Positions 32,935 to 40,255 of a stretch of 41,691 nucleotides of DNA are shown in pieces. The DNA is from a virus, in IMG/VR virus record IMGVR_UViG_3300025294_000002, one strand, 5' to 3'. Under the pieces are notes generated by a model. It was given only the letters and a program-made list of their open reading frames with translations, ran no database searches and was not told where the DNA came from. A program made the translations under genes and the position numbers. Position 1 is the stretch's first letter, and the number at the start of each line of letters is the position of its first letter.

Positions 32935-32941
32935 GACCCGG

Positions 32942-34858
32942 TTACCAGGCAACGCCGTCGATGATCGAGATCATTCCCGCGCGCCGCATGACCCACGACA
33001 CGTCGTGGATGAAGCGGATGCCGATGGTGGCCGTCTGGAACAGCGAGCGGACCGGCGTGGCCGGCGTGCCGTCCACGATGGGCAGCACAGCGCTCTGGTC
33101 CTGCTCCATGTGCAGCGTCGCGGTGTCCGAGACTTCCCACTCGACCACGCCGTTCGCGGACGCGAAGTCCGCAACATCGATCAGCCACAGCTCATCGGCC
33201 GGGATGTTGGTCGAGACGACGTACTCGTAGCCGAACAGGCGACCGTTCTGCAGCTCGTCGCGGTAGATGAAGGTGCCCGCAGCGGCCTGCACCGACTGCA
33301 GTCCGATGAGGCGCGACGGATGCAGCAGCCAGACCAGGCGACGACCACCGTTCGCAGCGAGGATCGGATCGAGCGCAGCGCGCAGATCCTGCTGAATGTT
33401 CTCGGCGGTGGTGCCGGTCGACGGAACCTTCGTGACGCCGTACGCGAGACCGGCCGGACGGATCAGCGTTCCGGCGACGGCGTCAAGCAGACGCGTGTCG
33501 AGCGTGAGCGCGGTGTCCTGCAGGATGCCTTCGCGGATCACCTGCTCGATCTGCGGATTCGACTGGCGGGCGAGTTCGCGCGTGAAAGTCGAGATCACGG
33601 CCATCTTGTGTGGAGTGAGCTTGACGCTGGTCAGAGCGCCCTGCGCCACCCTGATGGGCTGCCCCTCACCGACAAAGTCACCGGTGAGCGACGGCGACGC
33701 CAGACGCGACGGCACGGTGATCGAACCGTTGCCCTGCGTGAACGTCAGCGCCAGGCCCATCGAGTTGAGACGGCCGAACACCGACACCGGCAGCAGCAGT
33801 TCGAGCAGCTCGGCGACCTGCGTCTGCACCAGCTCGGCAGCCCAGCCGGCCTGCGTGGTGGTCGCGGGCGCTGCGACGGTCGCGCGGATGTACTGCTGGA
33901 GCTGGTTGTGGCCGGGATAGCGTGCCTCGATGACCTTCTCCAGCGGGGCCTTCGTCGCGTTCGCGATGACGTTGCACACGCCCGCCTTGAATACGAGATC
34001 GGCCTTGTGCTTCGAGCGCAGCGGCGTCTCGACGCGCACGATGCGCGACGTGTTGCCGTCGTCGTTCGAATCGTCGTTGTCGTTCGCCGCGCGCGACGCC
34101 ATCGCCTTTTCCATCAGGCGCAGCGACGCGAGATTGCGTTCGCCGGTCGCGATCTCTTCGGAGAGCGCTTCGACAGCGGTGCGCTGCTCGTCGGTGATGT
34201 CGTCGTCGGTCTGCTCTGCGAGATCGGCCATCTGGTCGCGCAGCTCGCCCAGGCGCTTCTCTTGGGCTTCGATTTTCTTTGCAATGCTCATGGGTTGACC
34301 TCGCCCGGTCGAAGCCGGCGATGCGGAACGCAGGTGAGCGCCTGGTGCGGCAGTGGGGACGGTGCGCGAGGGAACCGGGTACGCCTTGACGGCGGTGATG
34401 GCGGCAGCGCCATTGGCCGGGATGGTCACGCAGGAAAGCTCCAGCCATTCCCACGACTCGAACTTGAGACCGGAGTCGGTGTGGCTGGCGCGCAGCGAAC
34501 GAAAGCCGATGGAGACGAAACGGATCAGTCCCGCCAGCAGCTTGTTGTAGATGTTGTCGATGGCCGTGAACTTGCCCTCCTCGGGCAGCTCGGCGACGAA
34601 CTTGATTCCTTCCTTCGAGACGACAGCGGAGACGACGTTGCCGATGGGGAACGTCGCGTCGTGGTCGATCAGCATCGGAAGCGGGAGCTGGAAAACAGCG
34701 CCCGTCGGGACGACGACGTCCCCTACGCGGTCGACGTCCGGCGTGGTGGCGATCCCCTCGATGCGTCGCTTGCCACCATCGGCAGGCAGCGCGCGGACGC
34801 TCGAACGGACGTCGCAGTTGTACTCAACGAACTTGGTGTGCTTCTTGAGGTTCTGCAC
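32942..34858 (-). CDS. Prohead protease (S78/HK97 gp4-like) fused to HK97-family major capsid protein (638 aa)
   Basis: N-terminus RRIEGIATTPDVDRVGDVVVPTGAVF..PMLIDHD; coiled-coil linker; C-terminus ...FVGEGQPIRVAQGALTSVKLTPHKMAVISTFTRELARQS... GTG start. Confidence 0.95.
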   Translation of the reverse strand: MQNLKKHTKFVEYNCDVRSSVRALPADGGKRRIEGIATTPDVDRVGDVVVPTGAVFQLPLPMLIDHDATFPIGNVVSAVVSKEGIKFVAELPEEGKFTAIDNIYNKLLAGLIRFVSIGFRSLRASHTDSGLKFESWEWLELSCVTIPANGAAAITAVKAYPVPSRTVPTAAPGAHLRSASPASTGRGQPMSIAKKIEAQEKRLGELRDQMADLAEQTDDDITDEQRTAVEALSEEIATGERNLASLRLMEKAMASRAANDNDDSNDDGNTSRIVRVETPLRSKHKADLVFKAGVCNVIANATKAPLEKVIEARYPGHNQLQQYIRATVAAPATTTQAGWAAELVQTQVAELLELLLPVSVFGRLNSMGLALTFTQGNGSITVPSRLASPSLTGDFVGEGQPIRVAQGALTSVKLTPHKMAVISTFTRELARQSNPQIEQVIREGILQDTALTLDTRLLDAVAGTLIRPAGLAYGVTKVPSTGTTAENIQQDLRAALDPILAANGGRRLVWLLHPSRLIGLQSVQAAAGTFIYRDELQNGRLFGYEYVVSTNIPADELWLIDVADFASANGVVEWEVSDTATLHMEQDQSAVLPIVDGTPATPVRSLFQTATIGIRFIHDVSWVMRRAGMISIIDGVAW

Positions 34859-34903
34859 GAGCGCGGTCCCGAGGTGTGGGCCTCGGGGCGCGAGCTTCGA
34901 TCG

Positions 34904-35131
34904 TTACTTGTTGCCAATGGGCAACACGCGTCCGGCCACGACGTCGTCGTAAAGACGCTTCACAGCGTCGACCACGTCATGGCCGGGGCGTGCCCCGCGC
35001 TCGCCGGTGACCAGGCGACCGACATAAGCGCGGGAGAGGTGCGTCCGGCGAACAATCTCGGGGCGAGGGATCTGCGTCTCGCAGAAAACGAGCATCGCGC
35101 GAACGTCGATGGTGGCGGAGCGGCGTGGCAT
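34904..35131 (-). CDS. Small Cro/CI (XRE)-type HTH protein (about 75 aa, start uncertain)
   Basis: IPRPEIVRRTHLSRAYVGRLVTGER. No clear SD at the ATG used here. Confidence 0.55.
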   Translation of the reverse strand: MPRRSATIDVRAMLVFCETQIPRPEIVRRTHLSRAYVGRLVTGERGARPGHDVVDAVKRLYDDVVAGRVLPIGNK

Positions 35132-35190
35132 TGGGCGAGACGCCGACTGCGAACAGGACCAGGACGATGGTGCCGCTTCGCGCGCGCGCA

Positions 35191-35211
35191 CGTAAGCGGG
35201 CGTGACGCCCG
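35191..35211. repeat. 21-bp direct repeat, copy A, flanking the methyltransferase cassette
   Basis: CGTAAGCGGGCGTGACGCCCG versus CGTAAGCGGGCGTAGCGCCCG at 36151-36171. Each copy carries a GGGCG-N3-CGCCC mini-hairpin and follows a stop codon within a few nt. Confidence 0.8.
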
Positions 35212-35212
35212 G

Positions 35213-36100
35213 TTATGGTCGACAGTCGAGGTACGCGCGCATCACTTCCGCCGCGACCTGCGGCACGACGGCATTGCCGTAGGCGCGCAGGCGTCCCACT
35301 CGGGCGGGAACCCCATCAGCCAGCAGACGAACATCGGGTTCAACGCGCCGCGCTCTTCCGTCGTGCCCGACAATCCAGCGATGGCGTGCCCACGGATAGC
35401 GACCAGCCCCGCGCTGTTCCCCGCTTCGTTGTTCCCATTGCGCGCCGGAGCCAGCGACGTCGGCGTCGACCAGAGCGCGGTCGCCACCTGCCTCGGGAGC
35501 TGATCGATGCGACGACGACCGTCCGGGCGTTCCAAGCCCATGCCAGGCGTGTCCTTCCAATCCCGGGCACTCGCCGTGATCCAGAGCGCCGCGTTCGCCG
35601 ACGATCCAGATGCGGTCACGACGGTGTGGCGCGTCGACGGCACAAGCCGGCACAACGGTCGCCCGGCCGGCGTAGCCGATAGCTTCCAAGTCAGCGAACA
35701 CTCCGTCGAGCCAGCCGTGGCCAATCGCGTTCGCAACTTGCTCTCCCAGCCAGACAGCGGGCCGGCGGGCACCGAGCAGGCGTAGCTGGTGGGGCCATAG
35801 GTGCCGAGCGTCGTCGTGACCGCGACCAGCGCCGGCTTGGGAGAACGGCTGGCAGGGGCACGAGCCGGTCCAGAGTTCGCGGTCGGCGGGCCACCCCACA
35901 AGTCGAGCTGCAAGGGGCCAGCCGCCGATCCCGGCGAAGAAATGACAGTGGCGGTAGCCGAGCAGATCCTCGGGCTGGACATCCGCGATGCTCCGCGTGT
36001 CGACGTCGCCTCCCGGGAGATGACCAGCCGCGATCAGGTTGCGGAGCCATGCCGCCGGGTACTCGTCCAGCTCGTTGTAGTAGACCGGCGGGGCGAGCAT
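35213..36100 (-). CDS. DNA (cytosine-5)-methyltransferase; open 295-codon ORF whose central about 98 codons look better in the +1 frame
   Basis: In the ORF frame: FFAGIGG (I), GSCPCQPFS (IV), GEQV (VI), APHRRDRIWIVG (VIII), GNAVVPQVA (X). Motif IX-like LNPMFVCWLMGFPPEW and W-x-T-P strings occur only in overlapping frame 35242-35982. Confidence 0.75.
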   Translation of the reverse strand: MLAPPVYYNELDEYPAAWLRNLIAAGHLPGGDVDTRSIADVQPEDLLGYRHCHFFAGIGGWPLAARLVGWPADRELWTGSCPCQPFSQAGAGRGHDDARHLWPHQLRLLGARRPAVWLGEQVANAIGHGWLDGVFADLEAIGYAGRATVVPACAVDAPHRRDRIWIVGERGALDHGECPGLEGHAWHGLGTPGRSSSHRSAPEAGGDRALVDADVAGSGAQWEQRSGEQRGAGRYPWARHRWIVGHDGRARRVEPDVRLLADGVPARVGRLRAYGNAVVPQVAAEVMRAYLDCRP

Positions 36101-36108
36101 GCGCGCAC

Positions 36109-36137
36109 AAAAAAAGGGGCACCGCGATGGTGCCCCT
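36109..36137 (-). terminator. Rho-independent terminator 8 nt upstream of the methyltransferase ATG
   Basis: AGGGGCACC-atcgc-GGTGCCCCT followed by T7 on the minus strand. Confidence 0.8.
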
Positions 36138-36150
36138 CGGGGAATTCGGT

Positions 36151-36171
36151 CGTAAGCGGGCGTAGCGCCCG
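36151..36171. repeat. 21-bp direct repeat, copy B
   Basis: See copy A at 35191-35211. 19 of 21 positions match. Confidence 0.8.
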
Positions 36172-36177
36172 ACATGA

Positions 36178-36441
36178 TCAGCGGTCGGGGATCTCCTCCA
36201 CCGACCAGCCCTTGGACTTGCAATAGCGATGCACCTGCTCCGGGTGCCATCCGCGCATGTACTTCACGATGGGCGCGGCCTCCGAAACGCGAAAATTCCT
36301 CACGACCAGGCCGGCGACGTAGTGCGGCGCGGAGATCCGCATCAGACCAGCGCGCAGCGCGGGCGGTGCGGGCGGATCATCCTCCGGCCACCGACCGGTC
36401 GTCATGAATTGCAGGTGCGCCTGCGGAGACCAGCGCTTCAT
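36178..36441 (-). CDS. Hypothetical protein (87 aa)
   Basis: ORF track entry. ATGA overlap at 36438-36441. Last gene before the terminator. Confidence 0.65.
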   Translation of the reverse strand: MKRWSPQAHLQFMTTGRWPEDDPPAPPALRAGLMRISAPHYVAGLVVRNFRVSEAAPIVKYMRGWHPEQVHRYCKSKGWSVEEIPDR

Positions 36442-36944
36442 CGCGGCGTCATGCCCTCGGCAGCGAGGGATTCCAACCAGCCGCGCACTGTGGCGGGATC
36501 GACGCTAATCGGATCGGCGACACCATCGCCTTGGGCAAGCGCGACCAGCAGCGACTGCGCATCGGCAAGCTGCTGCCATTGCTCCTTCGTTGGGTCCGCA
36601 TACGCTGTCGCCGTCCACGTGCAGACGCGATAGCGGTTGCAGTCCACGTCGGCGTTGACCGGTCGCGCCTTCATCCGCACCGGTGCGCCACCATTGATCC
36701 GCACGAGAATCGCGTCCGGATGCCAGCGCGAGGCAAGCCCGCCTTGGTGAACGATGAGCGACATACCCTCCGTGCTATGGCCAGAGGCATAGACGTAGCT
36801 GGGGCCGGTACCTTCGCGCGCCTCGCTCGTCGAGCAGAACTTCGCGTCAGTCATTGCGTTGATCTGACACCGTGCCGGCTCAACGGCAGACGCGGCGAGG
36901 GGGACGCCGAGCAGCAGCCCGGCGAGGATGAGAGAACGCTTCAT
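36438..36944 (-). CDS. Secreted (periplasmic) protein (168 aa)
   Basis: Internal ATG of ORF 36438-37421 with a GGAG SD. Signal peptide MKRSLILAGLLLGVPLAASA. Confidence 0.75.
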   Translation of the reverse strand: MKRSLILAGLLLGVPLAASAVEPARCQINAMTDAKFCSTSEAREGTGPSYVYASGHSTEGMSLIVHQGGLASRWHPDAILVRINGGAPVRMKARPVNADVDCNRYRVCTWTATAYADPTKEQWQQLADAQSLLVALAQGDGVADPISVDPATVRGWLESLAAEGMTPR

Positions 36945-36958
36945 GGGTAGAACTCCGA

Positions 36959-37372
36959 TCAGGTGGTAGGGATGGGACAGTCGATGACGGGGAAGCCGAA
37001 GTCCATGTGCGACTGGACGTACGCGTCGTCGATGGGTTGAGGGATGAAGCCATTCCGCGCGACCAGCATGATGCCGGTCGCCTCGTCGCGGATGAGAGCG
37101 GGATCGCGCGCGTCCGAATAGCGTACGAGCAGGTACTCGGTGACGGCCGACCGCAGGTCGCCCGAGCAGACGCTGTCGTACGCCGTCTCGATCTCTTCGA
37201 GGCGCTCGTACACGTCGGTCTCGGAACCGGCGAACAGGTACGCCGCGTCGTCCTCGGACAGCGGCGGGAATGGCGAGCCGCCGACCTTGGCGTGATGCGC
37301 GGCAACCAGCGCGTGGTAGTGGTCGACCGCGACCTCGGCGAGGTGGTCGCAGACGGATTCGTATGCGCTCAC
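36959..37372 (-). CDS. Acidic hypothetical protein (137 aa, GTG start)
   Basis: GTGA overlap with the stop of the RHH gene: VSAYESVCDHLAEVAVDHYHALVAAHH... Confidence 0.65.
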   Translation of the reverse strand: MSAYESVCDHLAEVAVDHYHALVAAHHAKVGGSPFPPLSEDDAAYLFAGSETDVYERLEEIETAYDSVCSGDLRSAVTEYLLVRYSDARDPALIRDEATGIMLVARNGFIPQPIDDAYVQSHMDFGFPVIDCPIPTT

Positions 37373-37587
37373 GGGCGACTCCGCTTGAGCAGGCGATTGA
37401 TCGCATCGGTGGCAGTGCCACCGTGCTTGTCGATGGACGCCTGCAGCTTCGCGGCGGCTTCGGGTTCTAGCCAGATTGTGCTGACGCAGAGCCACCCGTC
37501 GGCGACGCGCTGCTCGCGGAACTTGCGCTGACGCTCGGCGACCGTCATCACGACCGGCGCGGCGGGAGCTTCGGCCTTGCGACTCAT
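37369..37587 (-). CDS. Ribbon-helix-helix (CopG/Arc-like) DNA-binding protein (72 aa)
   Basis: GAGGAG SD. LCVSTIWLEPEAAAKLQASIDKHGGTATDAINRLLKR fits a strand-helix-helix pattern. Confidence 0.7.
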   Translation of the reverse strand: MSRKAEAPAAPVVMTVAERQRKFREQRVADGWLCVSTIWLEPEAAAKLQASIDKHGGTATDAINRLLKRSRP

Positions 37588-37709
37588 GCTTTGCTCCTCG
37601 CGGCCATCGCGTCGAGGACGGCCACCACCGTCATGTTGCGCTGCTTGCTCATGTTCAATCTCCGATCTACCGGCCGGGACCGCCCCGACCACCCGTGTAG
37701 TTGACCATA

Positions 37710-37723
37710 CGTTACCGGTAACG
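37710..37723. promoter_or_regulatory. Perfect 14-bp palindrome CGTTACCGGTAACG; candidate operator of the RHH operon
   Basis: Lies in the 170-nt gap upstream of the RHH gene, overlapping TTGACC and TTGCGT -35-like hexamers. Confidence 0.45.
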
Positions 37724-37756
37724 CAAGTCCTTTCTGCACCGCGCAACGAAATACTT

Positions 37757-38131
37757 TCAGCCGACCAGGTAACCAGGCGGGCGCGGAAACTTGACCCCGA
37801 CCGGACGCCAGAGGTGGAGGCAGAACGGGTGCCGGTTTACGTGGTCCTCGGGCGGGACGTGGAACTGAACGGCGGTTTCGTGCCCCTGAAAGAACCGGTG
37901 CTTCACGTATTCCATCTCCTCCCAGACCGGGCACCGGTCCTCACGCGACACCGAGACATGCTCCCAGCCGAGACCGACGGCCGCGATGATGTGCAGCGGC
38001 AGCGAGTCGACCGGCGAGGCCAGCTCGAACAGCCCGCAGGTGTGGTCGCCGGCCTGCCCGTACGCGCGCAGCTCCACGTCGACCAGGCGAAAGGGGTTCA
38101 GTTGATTGAGATTGCGCACGCCATCCTCCAT
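37757..38131 (-). CDS. Conserved phage protein of unknown function (124 aa)
   Basis: GLGWEHVSVSREDRCPVWEEMEYVKHRFF...CLHLW. Its start shares 1 nt with the large terminase stop. Confidence 0.75.
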   Translation of the reverse strand: MEDGVRNLNQLNPFRLVDVELRAYGQAGDHTCGLFELASPVDSLPLHIIAAVGLGWEHVSVSREDRCPVWEEMEYVKHRFFQGHETAVQFHVPPEDHVNRHPFCLHLWRPVGVKFPRPPGYLVG

Positions 38132-39834
38132 TAGCCGAGCATCGAGCCGACCTCGGCGGTCTCGATGCGGGTTGCTTCACGAAGCGCCATCGCGCACGCG
38201 ACCATTCCGTCGATGCGTCCGGTGGCGCGGCTCTTGTCGAACTTGCGGTCGCCGACCGGGTTCGAGATCGACACAGCGTTCGCGGCGTTCCAGTTGAAAC
38301 ACGGGTTGTCCGGATGCCGGAAGTTGCCGTTGATGAGCGCTGTCTCCAGCGCATCGACCGCAGGTCCCATCGAAACGAAGCCCTGCCCGAACTTCACCAG
38401 CGGCCACGAAGCGCCGACTCGATCGAGCGCGGCCTGCAGCACGTCGACACGGTGCCGGTCATACGGTGCGGCGAGCAGCGTGATCTCGTACTCGGCCAGC
38501 ACCTGCTCCACGCGGTCGACAACGAAGTCCTTGTCGATGGCCTTGCCGGGCGTCGTGTAGACAAGCCCCTCGCGAACCCAGATGTCGTACGGCACCGCGT
38601 CGCGCCGCACGCGATCCGCCAGGCCATCCTCCGGAATAAAGAACATCGGCCACGCGTAGAAAACGCCGTCGCGCTGGATCACCAGCACGCATGCGGTGAG
38701 ATCCATCGTCGCCGACAGGTCGATGCCGAGAATGCCGTGCGAGCCCCGGAAGTCCGCAAGGGTGTACTCGCCCACCGCCGCGCGCCACGCCTCGTACGGG
38801 ATCGCGGGATTGCTTGACTCCGTCCACTGACAGAAGTTGAGCCGGCGCACCAGGCTCTCCTTCGACGGCATGCCCCGCGACTGCGACACCTCGTCGCGCA
38901 GGTACTGCTCGGTGATCGTGACACCGAGCAGCGGGTTCGCCTTGCGCCAGCAATACTCGTCCTCGAACGGCTCGTCGCCTTCGTCGAGCGCGCAGACGTA
39001 GCTGAAAAACGTGTCGTCCTCGTCCATGCCGCCGGCCACGCGGATCGCCTTCTCGTGGTACTCCCAGCACACCGACGTCCGGTCGAAACCGGAGTTGGTG
39101 ATGATCACGGTCATGGGCTGACGTCGCCACTTCCGACCAGCCGCCAGCATGTTCACCATCATGCCGGTGCGGTGCTCGTGCAGCTCGTCGACCAGGCCGA
39201 AGTGGGGACGCGGACCGGACTGGCGCTCATCACTCGCGAGCGGACGAAACCACGAGCCGGTGCGCTCGCTGTAAATGTTCCAGACCTTCTCGTCGCGGCC
39301 CGACATGCGCAGGCGACTCGCCAGCTCGGGCGACTGCTGAACCATCGCGACCGCATCGCGGAACAGCACCATCGCCTGCTCGCGCTTCGTCGCGGCGGAA
39401 TAGACCTCGGCGCGCGCTTCGCTGTCCGCTGCGAGACCGTACAGGCCGATGCCGGCGAGCAGCGGCGACTTCCCGTTGCCCTTCCCCGCTTCGATGTACG
39501 CGGTGCGGAATCGGCGCAGACCGTCGCGGCGCTTCCACCCGAACAGCGAGCCGACGATGAACTGCTGCGCCGGCTCCAGCTTGAACGGCTTCCCCTCGAA
39601 CTGCCCGCCCGCCAGGCAAAGGATCTCCGGAAAGAACTCGCGCGCGCGCTTCGACGCGGCATTGTCGAACCGCAGACCGCGCTTGCGCCCATCGGACAGG
39701 TCGCGCAGGTGCCGTTCGCACGCGGCGCGTACATGCGGCCCCGCGATCTCACGGCCCGACACCACCGCACGCGCATACGCGCGCACGGGGTCAGTCGAGA
39801 CCGTACTTGCGCGCGAGCGTGTTCCCTTCGTCAT
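38131..39834 (-). CDS. terL: Terminase large subunit (567 aa)
   Basis: Walker A-like EAGKGNGKSPLLAG; ATPase and nuclease halves typical of the Terminase_1 family. Confidence 0.95.
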   Translation of the reverse strand: MTKGTRSRASTVSTDPVRAYARAVVSGREIAGPHVRAACERHLRDLSDGRKRGLRFDNAASKRAREFFPEILCLAGGQFEGKPFKLEPAQQFIVGSLFGWKRRDGLRRFRTAYIEAGKGNGKSPLLAGIGLYGLAADSEARAEVYSAATKREQAMVLFRDAVAMVQQSPELASRLRMSGRDEKVWNIYSERTGSWFRPLASDERQSGPRPHFGLVDELHEHRTGMMVNMLAAGRKWRRQPMTVIITNSGFDRTSVCWEYHEKAIRVAGGMDEDDTFFSYVCALDEGDEPFEDEYCWRKANPLLGVTITEQYLRDEVSQSRGMPSKESLVRRLNFCQWTESSNPAIPYEAWRAAVGEYTLADFRGSHGILGIDLSATMDLTACVLVIQRDGVFYAWPMFFIPEDGLADRVRRDAVPYDIWVREGLVYTTPGKAIDKDFVVDRVEQVLAEYEITLLAAPYDRHRVDVLQAALDRVGASWPLVKFGQGFVSMGPAVDALETALINGNFRHPDNPCFNWNAANAVSISNPVGDRKFDKSRATGRIDGMVACAMALREATRIETAEVGSMLG

Positions 39835-40255
39835 CGTCAGGGTCGAGCGCGATTCCGGAGCGCGCCGACGGCGTGAAGCCCATCGCCTGCGCGCACTTGA
39901 GCATGATCAAGGCTTGCTTGTTCCGGATCGCGAGGAACGGGTTCTGGATCGGATGCCCGTTCGGCGACTTCACCATCAGCCCGGTTTTCGCGACGCGCTC
40001 GGCGGCGTCCTCAAAGTCCGCCCGCGCAATGCACCAGCAGACGAACACGCCTTCGTCGAGCTTCTTCAACAGCCCGTTCGGCGCATGCTCGATCGCGTGC
40101 GCCCAGATCGCCGCAGCGCGCGGCGACAGGTTCGGCGGTGCATCGCGCAGCGCACCGCTCGGCTTCGGCTCCCGCTTGTTGATTCCGCGCCGGCTCGGGT
40201 TACCCCGCACCAGGCGCAGGTGCGTCGGCGTCGGCGCTGGTCCGCGCAGCCCCAT
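39791..40255 (-). CDS. terS: Terminase small subunit, P27 family (154 aa)
   Basis: MGLRGPAPTPTHLRLVRGNPSRRGINKREP... is the typical P27-family N-terminus. Confidence 0.9.
   Translation of the reverse strand: MGLRGPAPTPTHLRLVRGNPSRRGINKREPKPSGALRDAPPNLSPRAAAIWAHAIEHAPNGLLKKLDEGVFVCWCIARADFEDAAERVAKTGLMVKSPNGHPIQNPFLAIRNKQALIMLKCAQAMGFTPSARSGIALDPDDDEGNTLARKYGLD

Noticed and set aside
33005-35503. Very long plus-strand ORFs (e.g. 33005-35503 at 832 aa, 29941-32247 at 768 aa, 24148-26409 at 753 aa, 39807-41591 at 594 aa, 29127-30995 at 622 aa)
   Set aside because: They lie antisense to genes with unmistakable phage motifs (capsid, portal, tape measure, methyltransferase). Their translations are Arg/Ala/Gly/Pro-rich low-complexity sequence, typical of stop-poor alternative frames in high-GC DNA.
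35242-35982. The +1-frame ORF as an independent 246-aa gene, or programmed ribosomal frameshifting in the methyltransferase
   Set aside because: There is no SD or plausible start for an independent gene. Its N-terminal two-thirds overlap the region where the main frame carries motifs I-VIII. No slippery heptamers occur at either frame junction. It is kept only as evidence for an indel or overprinting history (see finding).
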